This document shows positions 8,850-15,945 of a stretch of DNA of 30,082 nt, in pieces. A program made the translations under genes and the position numbers. This DNA comes from a virus (lineage: Duplodnaviria > Heunggongvirae > Uroviricota > Caudoviricetes): IMG/VR virus record IMGVR_UViG_2627853983_000001, one strand, 5' to 3'. The notes beneath the pieces were generated by a model. That model saw nothing but the letters and a program-made list of their open reading frames with translations. It was not told where the DNA came from and ran no database searches. The first letter of the stretch is position 1. Each line of letters starts with the position of its first letter.

Positions 8850-9143
8850 TTAGCCAATCCTTTTCGCGGAGTGGTTGGACTCTGTTGACTCTGGCCCAAT
8901 GTGCGCGAGAGCCGGTGCGATTTGTCCTGCGTCCGGCGCGGTTTTATCTGTCATAAGCCATAGAGCATATTTTTGGAATGTGGGATGCATAGTGATTTTT
9001 AGCAAAGCTGTGCCACCGGGTTCAAAGTTTCCTCCTTCATATTTTTTAAGTGTGCTTAGCGGTAACTCTATGATTTCACAGAATTTTGATTGGCTTAGCC
9101 CTTCAGCCTCACGCAAGGCCTTAATCTTTTCGCTTAATTTCAT
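8850..9143 (-). CDS. C: Immunity repressor C (P2 C-type HTH repressor)
   Basis: 97-aa ORF upstream of int on the same strand, with C-terminal ...GQIAPALAH... similar to recalled P2 C; divergent from cox. Confidence 0.85.
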   Translation of the reverse strand: MKLSEKIKALREAEGLSQSKFCEIIELPLSTLKKYEGGNFEPGGTALLKITMHPTFQKYALWLMTDKTAPDAGQIAPALAHIGPESTESNHSAKRIG

Positions 9144-9264
9144 TTGACATGGTGCCTATATAGGGACTAAATTCCCTCAAAACTGGAACCTATATAGGTT
9201 CCATTGATTTGAGAATAAACCAGCATCTAAACGGTTTTGAGTGGTTTAGAAAGGGCTGGATCCT
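9144..9264. promoter_or_regulatory. Divergent Pc/Pe switch region with operator repeats
   Basis: Between divergent C and cox. Contains direct repeats of CCTATATAGG (9154..9167 and within palindrome GGAACCTATATAGGTTCC at 9185..9202) and a TTGACA hexamer at 9145..9150. Confidence 0.6.
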
Positions 9265-9552
9265 ATGAGGGTACCATATATGGACGCTGAAAATTATGTG
9301 ATTCAGTATCCGCTTGATGCGGTTCATGTGGATAAATTTGCTGATTTATTAGGGAAGCCAAAGACAGCCGTCAGTGAAATGGTGAAGGCAAATAAATTAC
9401 CAATTATTGAATTGCGTGATCCTTGCAAACCGAAGGCTCGTGCCGGTGAAAAATGGGTTTTCATTCCTGAGTTTAATCGCGCTGTACGTGAGGCGTTTTA
9501 TAACCGACCGGTTGAACAGCGTGATGCATGGCTTTTGTGGATGGGGTTGTGA
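9265..9552 (+). CDS. cox: Cox (excisionase / transcriptional switch protein); alternative start at ATG 9280
   Basis: About 90-95 aa ORF divergent from C, similar in length and sequence character to P2 Cox (...LWMGL C-terminus). Confidence 0.85.
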   Translation: MRVPYMDAENYVIQYPLDAVHVDKFADLLGKPKTAVSEMVKANKLPIIELRDPCKPKARAGEKWVFIPEFNRAVREAFYNRPVEQRDAWLLWMGL

Positions 9553-9554
9553 TT

Positions 9555-9725
9555 ATGAATGAGCCGCGTTGTATTGCTCAGTTATTGCGTAACGAAAGCC
9601 CCAGGGCGATTGACTTCACCATCACCCACGGTAAGGGGCGTAAGGGAATCATTATCCGCACCAAAAAACAGAGTCCGTTAAAAAAGGCTCTGACCTTTCT
9701 GAAAAGCCGGAGGGTATGGAAATGA
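9555..9725 (+). CDS. Small early-operon protein (P2 orf78 position)
   Basis: Small ORF between cox and B; ATG immediately after the cox stop; basic product. Confidence 0.45.
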   Translation: MNEPRCIAQLLRNESPRAIDFTITHGKGRKGIIIRTKKQSPLKKALTFLKSRRVWK

Positions 9726-10222
9726 CAGTGATGACGCTCAATCTCGTTGAAAAACAGCCAGCAGCTATGCGCCGGATAATTGGCAAGCATCTTGCCGTCC
9801 CTCGCTGGCAGGATACATGTGATTATTATAATCAGATGATGGAGCGCGAACGGCTAACGGTTTGCTTTCATGCACAGTTAAAACAGCGTCACGCAACGAT
9901 GCGTTTTGAAGAAATGAACGACGTCGAACGTGAACGACTGGTTTGTGCAATTGATGAATTGCGTGGCGCATTCTCAAAACGCCGTCAGGTCGGCGCAAGT
10001 GAGTATGCATATATTAGTTTTTTAACAGTCAGTCAGCGTCGTACTTTATTTATGCATGCGGGATTGACAGAAAAAGAATTCAATCAGCCGTACTGGCGAA
10101 TTAATGAAGAATCATGTTACTGGCGTGATGCTTTATTCCGTGCATTACGTGAATTATTCAGTCTGTTTGAGTATGCACCGACAATTCTGACGTCGGTAAA
10201 ACCAGAGCAATATCTGCATTAA
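9722..10222 (+). CDS. B: Replication protein B (helicase-loader partner)
   Basis: 166 aa from the ATG at 9722 (GGAGGG 7 nt upstream); matches recalled P2 B (MTVMTLNLVEKQPAAMRRIIGKHLAVPRWQ...). Confidence 0.88.
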   Translation: MTVMTLNLVEKQPAAMRRIIGKHLAVPRWQDTCDYYNQMMERERLTVCFHAQLKQRHATMRFEEMNDVERERLVCAIDELRGAFSKRRQVGASEYAYISFLTVSQRRTLFMHAGLTEKEFNQPYWRINEESCYWRDALFRALRELFSLFEYAPTILTSVKPEQYLH

Positions 10223-10285
10223 ATAATTAACCAGAGTTTTTAACGCACTTAATCGTGCGGGGCTTCTTTTTGCCTGGAGAAAGTC

Positions 10286-10510
10286 ATGCATACAGTTTCT
10301 GAAAATCAGTGCGGTAAATACGCATTACTGCTGCAACAGGCCAGAACCGAAGCACAGGCCGACGCTGCGACGCGCTTTTCTTCTCATCTTGACGCCATGA
10401 TTCGCCACATCACAAAGGCGGAGTTATCCCGCGTGGAGATAGTTGAGCTGCTCAGTCAGGAGTCGGAAAAATTTCACAATATCGGATTGTCTCGCGGGGA
10501 GGTGCTTTGA
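10286..10510 (+). CDS. Small early protein (P2 orf80-region)
   Basis: 74-aa ORF with GGAG Shine-Dalgarno; position as in the P2 early operon. Confidence 0.65.
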   Translation: MHTVSENQCGKYALLLQQARTEAQADAATRFSSHLDAMIRHITKAELSRVEIVELLSQESEKFHNIGLSRGEVL

Positions 10511-10812
10511 TGTCCTGTTCTCGTTCGGTTGTATTACTGAATAACGCCTTAAAAATCGCCGTTATGAAAAATGGTGATTTGTCTCTTATTCAACTTGGTA
10601 TTGATAAAGAGAAGCGCGAAATAACTGAATCTGTTATCGCAATTTATCAGAGTGAATTAAACCTCCTGTCTGATGTGGTCAATTTACTTGTTAAACGCGC
10701 TGTATTCCACAAGCAAATTTCCTCAGTGGATGAACTGACAAAATTAACGACAGAACTCGCCAGTTATTGCGCTGATGAATTTAAGAAGCTGAACGACAAA
10801 AGGAGCTGGTAA
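10510..10812 (+). CDS. Small early protein (P2 orf81-region)
   Basis: ATG at 10510 overlaps the previous stop; GGAGG 7 nt upstream. Confidence 0.65.
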   Translation: MSCSRSVVLLNNALKIAVMKNGDLSLIQLGIDKEKREITESVIAIYQSELNLLSDVVNLLVKRAVFHKQISSVDELTKLTTELASYCADEFKKLNDKRSW

Positions 10813-11036
10813 TGCCGGACAACGTGGATTTTATTCAGGAACAACAGGCTGAATTACTGGAGCGCCAGATTAACGCGGCAAGGGTAAAACATTGCGGTGT
10901 TTCTGCGCTGGTTTGCGAAGAGTGTGACGCGCCAATACCTGCTGCCCGTCGTGCGGCTTATCCGTCAGCCACGCGTTGTGTTTCCTGTCAGTCAGTCTTT
11001 GAAGCAAAAAACAAACATTACCGGAGAACGGCATGA
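10812..11036 (+). CDS. TraR/DksA-type C4 zinc-finger protein (P2 orf82-region)
   Basis: 74 aa with CEECDAPIP...N18...CVSCQ four-cysteine motif. Confidence 0.7.
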   Translation: MPDNVDFIQEQQAELLERQINAARVKHCGVSALVCEECDAPIPAARRAAYPSATRCVSCQSVFEAKNKHYRRTA

Positions 11037-11308
11037 GTATTCGTATTGAAATTGGCGAACGTTATGTCGTTACCAGTGACAGCTTTCAGTTTATTCTCCA
11101 CGAGAAAAAGAGAGCGGAAAGCGGTAAAAACGCCGGTCAGGAATGGCTGGCGGTGGTTGGTTATTACCCGAAATTAGGCCAGCTCGTTTCCGGCCTGATG
11201 CATCACGATATTCTGACCGGAAGCGCAAAATCTTTTGCTGATTTAAACGCGCAGGTTGAGCAACTCAGCAAGCGTTGTTCAGAGGCTTTTGGCTCATATG
11301 GCCGTTAA
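11033..11308 (+). CDS. Small early protein (P2 orf83-region)
   Basis: 91-aa ORF overlapping neighbours by 4 nt; operon context. Confidence 0.65.
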   Translation: MSIRIEIGERYVVTSDSFQFILHEKKRAESGKNAGQEWLAVVGYYPKLGQLVSGLMHHDILTGSAKSFADLNAQVEQLSKRCSEAFGSYGR

Positions 11309-13574
11309 AGCCTCCGGGCGTTTTGTCCCTCCGTCAGCATTTACCGCAGGCACCGGTAAGGCGTTTACCGGTGCTTATGCATGGAACGCGCCACGCGAGG
11401 CTGTCGGGCGCGAAAGACCTCTTACACGTGACGAGATGCGTCAGGTGCAAGGTGTTTTATCCACGATTAACCGCCTGCCTTACTTTTTGCGCTCGCTGTT
11501 TACTTCACGCTATGACTACATCCGGCGCAATAAAAGCCCGGTGCACGGGTTTTATTTCCTCACATCTACTTTTCAGCGTCGTTTATGGCCGCGCATTGAG
11601 CGTGTGAATCAGCGCCATGAAATGAACACCGACGCGTCGTTGCTGTTTCTGGCAGAGCGTGACCACTATGCGCGCCTGCCGGGAATGAATGACAAGGAGC
11701 TGAAAAAGTTTGCCGCCCGTATCTCATCGCAGCTTTTCATGATGTATGAGGAACTCTGCGATGCATGGGTGGATGCGCATGGTGAAAAAGAATCGCTGTT
11801 TACGGATGAGGCGCAGGCTCACCTGTATGGTCATGTTGCTGGCGCTGCACGTGCTTTCAATATTTCCCCGCTCTACTGGAAAAAATACCGTAAAGGACAG
11901 ATGACCACGAGGCAGGCATATTCTGCCATTGCCCGCCTGTTTAACGATGAGTGGTGGACTCATCAGCTTAAAGGCCAGCGTATGCGCTGGCATGAGGCGT
12001 TACTGATAGCTGTCGGGGAGGTCAATAAAGACCGTTCTCCTTATGCCAGTAAACACGCCATTCGTGATGTGCGTGCGCGCCGCCAGGCAAATCTGGAATT
12101 TCTTAAATCGTGTGACCTTGAAAACAGGGAAACCGGCGAGCGCATCGACCTTATCAGTAAGGTGATGGGCAGTATTTCTAATCCTGAAATTCGCCGGATG
12201 GAGCTGATGAACACCATTGCCGGTATTGAGCGTTACGCCGCCGCAGAGGGTGATGTGGGGATGTTTATCACGCTGACCGCGCCGTCAAAGTATCACCCGA
12301 CACGTCAGGTCGGAAAAGGCGAAAGTAAAACCGTTCAGCTTAATCACGGCTGGAACGATGAGGCATTTAATCCAAAGGATGCGCAGCGTTATCTCTGCCG
12401 TATCTGGAGCCTGATGCGCACGGCATTCAAGGATAATGATTTACAGGTCTACGGTTTGCGAGTCGTCGAGCCACACCACGACGGAACGCCGCACTGGCAT
12501 ATGATGCTTTTTTGTCATCCACGCCAGCGTAACCAGATTATCGAAATCATGCGTCGCTATGCGCTCAAAGAGGATGGCGACGAAAGAGGAGCCGCGCGAA
12601 ACCGTTTTCAGGCAAAACACCTTAACCGGGGCGGTGCTGCGGGATATATCGCGAAATACATTTCAAAAAACATCGACGGCTATGCACTGGATGGTCAGCT
12701 CGATAACGACACCGGCAGGCCGCTGAAAGACACTGCAGCGGCTGTTACCGCATGGGCGTCAACGTGGCGCATTCCGCAATTTAAAACGGTTGGCCTGCCG
12801 ACAATGGGGGCTTACCGTGAACTACGCAAATTGCCTCGCGGCGTCAGCATTGCTGATGAGTTTGACGAGCGCGTCGAGGCTGCACGCGCCGCCGCAGACA
12901 GTGGTGATTTTGCGCTGTATATCAGCGCGCAGGGTGGGGCAAATGTCCCGCGCGATTGTCAGACTGTCAGGGTCGCCCGTAGTCTGTCGGATGACGTTAA
13001 CGAGTACGAGGAAGAAGTCGAGAGAGTGGTCGGCATTTACGCGCCGCATCTCGGCGCGCGTCATATTCATATCACCAGAACGACGGACTGGCGCATTGTG
13101 CCGAAAGTTCCGGTCGTTGAGCCTTTGACTTTAAAAAGCGGCATCGCCGCGCCTCGGAGTCCTGTCAATAACTGTGGAAAGCTCACCGGTGGTGATACTT
13201 CGTTACCGGCTCCCACACCTTCTGAGCACGCCGCAGCAGTGCTTAATCTGGTTGATGACGATGTTATCGAATGGAATGACCCGGAGGTCGTGAGGGCGCT
13301 CAGGGGCGCATTAAAACACGACCGGAGAACGCCAAACCGTCAGCAAAGAAACGGAAGCCCGTTAAAACCGCATGAAATTGCACCATCGGCCAGACTGACC
13401 CGGTCGGAACGATTGCAAATTACCCGTATCCGCGTTGATCTCGCTCAGAACGGTATCAGGCCGCAACGATGGGAGCTTGAGGCGCTGGCGCGTGGCGCGA
13501 CCGTAAATTATGACGGGAAACCTTTCACTTATCAGGTCGCTGATGATTGGCCGGGATTTTTGTTACCCATTTGA
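11298..13574 (+). CDS. A: Rolling-circle replication initiator A (HUH endonuclease)
   Basis: Start set at MAVKASGRF... (tracked ORF starts 14 codons earlier). Contains HUH-type motif PHWHMMLF and tyrosine motif GYIAKYISK; collinear with recalled P2 A. Confidence 0.92.
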   Translation: MAVKASGRFVPPSAFTAGTGKAFTGAYAWNAPREAVGRERPLTRDEMRQVQGVLSTINRLPYFLRSLFTSRYDYIRRNKSPVHGFYFLTSTFQRRLWPRIERVNQRHEMNTDASLLFLAERDHYARLPGMNDKELKKFAARISSQLFMMYEELCDAWVDAHGEKESLFTDEAQAHLYGHVAGAARAFNISPLYWKKYRKGQMTTRQAYSAIARLFNDEWWTHQLKGQRMRWHEALLIAVGEVNKDRSPYASKHAIRDVRARRQANLEFLKSCDLENRETGERIDLISKVMGSISNPEIRRMELMNTIAGIERYAAAEGDVGMFITLTAPSKYHPTRQVGKGESKTVQLNHGWNDEAFNPKDAQRYLCRIWSLMRTAFKDNDLQVYGLRVVEPHHDGTPHWHMMLFCHPRQRNQIIEIMRRYALKEDGDERGAARNRFQAKHLNRGGAAGYIAKYISKNIDGYALDGQLDNDTGRPLKDTAAAVTAWASTWRIPQFKTVGLPTMGAYRELRKLPRGVSIADEFDERVEAARAAADSGDFALYISAQGGANVPRDCQTVRVARSLSDDVNEYEEEVERVVGIYAPHLGARHIHITRTTDWRIVPKVPVVEPLTLKSGIAAPRSPVNNCGKLTGGDTSLPAPTPSEHAAAVLNLVDDDVIEWNDPEVVRALRGALKHDRRTPNRQQRNGSPLKPHEIAPSARLTRSERLQITRIRVDLAQNGIRPQRWELEALARGATVNYDGKPFTYQVADDWPGFLLPI

Positions 13575-13832
13575 GTAAAAATACAGCGTGATTTTATATG
13601 TCTTTGAATGGATTATGCGAAACACCTCTAAGGTAGATGAGGAGCAATAGCGTGTTGAATCAGAAGGCTAAATTGTATTGAATCGTTAGCATGTAATTGA
13701 AGGCAGCTATTTGATTCGAGTCATAAAAGAGCATCTATTTCGGTTAATAAAACCATTGCGAGTGACTTTATGTCGAAGCATAATTCATCTCGAGCGAAGT
13801 CTTGCTAGTCTTTCATCGGATTGATGACGGGC

Positions 13833-13869
13833 GCAAAAAAACCACCCTGGCAGGTGGTTTTTTTGTTTG
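13833..13869. terminator. Bidirectional rho-independent terminator (A-run, ACCACC-loop-GGTGGT stem, T-run)
   Basis: AAAAAAACCACCCTGGCAGGTGGTTTTTTTG; it can terminate the early operon from the left and the minus-strand small ORF from the right. Confidence 0.65.
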
Positions 13870-13876
13870 AAGCATA

Positions 13877-13990
13877 CTAAAGAAAAATACTTACATGGAT
13901 ATTACTGACGTTTACTGACAAACCACTCGGACTACCATATGGATAGCCAAAGAGGGCCAGAACGAGAATGCAGTAATAGCACTTCTTCAT
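13877..13990 (-). CDS. Candidate small protein, 37 aa (MKKCYYCILVLALFGYPYGSPSGLSVNVSNIHVSIFL), hydrophobic N-terminal half
   Basis: Not in the ORF track because it is under 60 aa. AGGAGG Shine-Dalgarno 4 nt before the ATG; stop codon 7 nt from the bidirectional terminator. Coding status unproven. Confidence 0.35.
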   Translation of the reverse strand: MKKCYYCILVLALFGYPYGSPSGLSVNVSNIHVSIFL

Positions 13991-14646
13991 ATCGCCTCCT
14001 GTAAGCAGAGGGCAATTTCCGCCGATATATGCGCTTCTAAGGCGGAGTGACTATTGAGCGAAGTCTTGCCCTGAAATAATGCTCTGTTTAAACGCAAAGT
14101 GATCTGGCATATCACCGAACAGAGGACCTGAACAACACAACATATAGTATGTCGTTGTTTCTGGTTGCATTTTATGTTGTGTAATACTGGTTTTGCATCA
14201 AGGATGTTTGAGCTTTTTTTGATATAGCTCAAAGTAAAAAGCAGAGACTACGGATGATAAGGTCTTGAAAGCAATGTAAATTTTTTAAAGTTGTGAGTGG
14301 CTAGAAATGCACAGTTTCAATATGGCGGATTTAAACAAGTAATTAAAAATAGCGACATAAATTCCAATAAAATCATTAAGTTGCGTTTTCTGTGGAAACT
14401 TCGGTGACTCTGAAATTTTCTTTTAGTATCGCTGAGGTTTAACAACTCGCTGCGCAAGTAGTTAGTGTTTTTTTAACTCAATATTCTGATTTATAAGGTT
14501 TTTTATAAAACGTGGGCTGGTTGCGCGTATTCATCTCGTGTTATCAGCAAAGATAAGCTCTATATGCAGAACTGAATGCATATATGATGTCGAAAATGTT
14601 ATGGGAAAACGTGGATTAGTGTTATAGTAATGGCTGAAAAACAGCC

Positions 14647-14675
14647 TTGACATAAAATAACAGCTGTGATATGGC
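14647..14675 (+). promoter_or_regulatory. Sigma70-type promoter for the ImmA-like gene (TTGACA, 17-bp spacer, TGaTATGGC extended -10)
   Basis: Perfect -35 hexamer at 14647..14652, TGn plus TATGGC at 14667..14675, about 35 nt upstream of the AGGAGG Shine-Dalgarno and ATG 14712. Confidence 0.5.
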
Positions 14676-14711
14676 TGTGCATACTTAACTTTTTTAACGT
14701 AGGAGGCAACC

Positions 14712-15197
14712 ATGAGCTATGCAGCTAAAAAACTGCTTGACCGCTATTGGGATCGCCGACTACCTGTCGATCCGTTTAAGCTTGCTAAAGCGTGGGGTGC
14801 TCGTGTTGAAGCACTTGAGGAATCGGCTTATAACAACGATGGGTTAAGCGGTCTGGCTGTCATCAAAAAGGGTGTCCATAGGATTTATTTTGATTCTAGT
14901 GAACATTCTAATCGTCAACGTTTTACTGTTGCACACGAGTTAGGTCATCATGTGCTGGGGCATACCCAGGACGGAGAGTACCATCGGGATAATGTCGGGA
15001 ATTATTCAACAGGTGCTCGTGATTACCGTGAGGTTGAAGCAAACAAGTTTGCTGCTGAGTTGTTAATGCCTGAGTCTGCTATACGTCAATTGGTATCCAG
15101 AGAAGGTATTGATAGCACTTTGAGATTAGCAAGCATCTTTAATGTATCAGAAGCCGCTATGCATTGGCGCTTAAAGAGCTTAGGAATGGCTTATTAA
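14712..15197 (+). CDS. ImmA/IrrE-family zinc metallopeptidase (COG2856 / DUF955-like), HEXXH motif
   Basis: 161 aa with FTVAHELGHHVLGH (HEXXH) and downstream EANKFAAELLMPE, the pattern of ImmA/IrrE peptidases. Strong Shine-Dalgarno GTAGGAGG. No adjacent HTH partner ORF. Confidence 0.75.
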   Translation: MSYAAKKLLDRYWDRRLPVDPFKLAKAWGARVEALEESAYNNDGLSGLAVIKKGVHRIYFDSSEHSNRQRFTVAHELGHHVLGHTQDGEYHRDNVGNYSTGARDYREVEANKFAAELLMPESAIRQLVSREGIDSTLRLASIFNVSEAAMHWRLKSLGMAY

Positions 15198-15222
15198 TTA
15201 GCCTTTAACTTTTAACCTGTTT

Positions 15223-15263
15223 AAAATCACCTTTACGTTTGTACATGTAAGGGTGATTTTTTT
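15223..15263 (+). terminator. Terminator-like hairpin (AAAATCACCTTTAC / GTAAGGGTGATTTT) with T-run, overlapping the RBS of the next gene
   Basis: 13-14 bp stem with one mismatch, loop GTTTGTACAT, followed by TTTTTTT ending 1 nt before ATG 15264. Confidence 0.55.
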
Positions 15264-15863
15264 ATGGCTGATATTGATTTATCTGGACAGTCCCCAGAGC
15301 AAGGAACCACTCCTAAGGGCGATTTAGATCCTGATATCCTTATAAGGCGAGATAGACGGGATGGTATAGAGCGTAGAAGTATGCGATTAGTGCTCTCTGC
15401 CGTTGTGCTTTGTTTTGCTTGTACATTTCTATGGCAGGGGCTTAACTTTGCTTTGGCTGTTGGAAATGGCTTGCTGGAAGCGAAAAGCAGTATTGCCGCA
15501 GCGATAACACAAAAAGTAGATACACAAACTTGTGTTTCAGCAGAAAAATGTTCTGCTTTATCTTCGGATCCGAAGATGGCTGATGAGAGGATAACACCAT
15601 CTTCAGACACTAATAAAGTTAGAAAATCTATTTCTGGTTTATCCACCGATTGGTTATCGGCCAGTTCTCTAATAGCTATTGTTGCATTCATCCTTGGTGT
15701 GGGTTTAACTTTGCTTTTGACTCTTCTTAAATCAGCATTTCAACACCCGACAGATAAAGACTTTAGAACAAAGTCGACATCTAATACTATTGAGTTGGCC
15801 ACGCCAATCAGTGAATTAATAATTGGTGTTCTGAATATAATTAAAGACAAACTATCTAAGTAA
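15264..15863 (+). CDS. Predicted two-pass membrane protein of unknown function
   Basis: 199-aa ORF with two hydrophobic segments (LVLSAVVLCFACTFLWQGLNFALAV and LIAIVAFILGVGLTLLLTLL) flanking a Ser/Thr-rich loop; convergent terminator downstream. The overlapping minus-strand ORF 15233..15691 is the alternative reading. Confidence 0.55.
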   Translation: MADIDLSGQSPEQGTTPKGDLDPDILIRRDRRDGIERRSMRLVLSAVVLCFACTFLWQGLNFALAVGNGLLEAKSSIAAAITQKVDTQTCVSAEKCSALSSDPKMADERITPSSDTNKVRKSISGLSTDWLSASSLIAIVAFILGVGLTLLLTLLKSAFQHPTDKDFRTKSTSNTIELATPISELIIGVLNIIKDKLSK

Positions 15864-15904
15864 AGCATTAGTTGTGATTTTTTATTGGTTTTAGTGATAA
15901 TACA

Positions 15905-15938
15905 TCTCCAGTACTTATTGTTACTGGAGAGTATTTTT
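15905..15938. terminator. Convergent terminator between the membrane-protein gene and the 313-aa minus-strand gene
   Basis: Stem TCTCCAGTA / TACTGGAGA, loop CTTATTGT, followed by GTATTTTT; 15 nt from the minus-strand gene stop. Confidence 0.6.
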
Positions 15939-15945
15939 AGTCGTT

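Noticed and set aside
13987-14232. 81-aa minus-strand ORF with a TTG start whose stop overlaps the start of the 37-aa candidate ORF (ATGA)
   Set aside because: Only a TTG start with no Shine-Dalgarno and no internal Met; low-complexity product. The ATGA overlap is probably coincidental.
14712-15197. Reading the ImmA-like peptidase as the cognate anti-repressor protease of the phage C repressor
   Set aside because: C is a P2-type repressor encoded 5 kb away in a separate operon, and P2-type repressors are not known ImmA substrates. Kept only as a testable possibility, not an annotation.
15233-15691. 152-aa minus-strand ORF overlapping the membrane-protein gene
   Set aside because: Shorter than the plus-strand ORF; only one hydrophobic segment; its 3' end would run through the terminator hairpin at 15223..15263. 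Not fully excluded, so the plus-strand call carries only moderate confidence.
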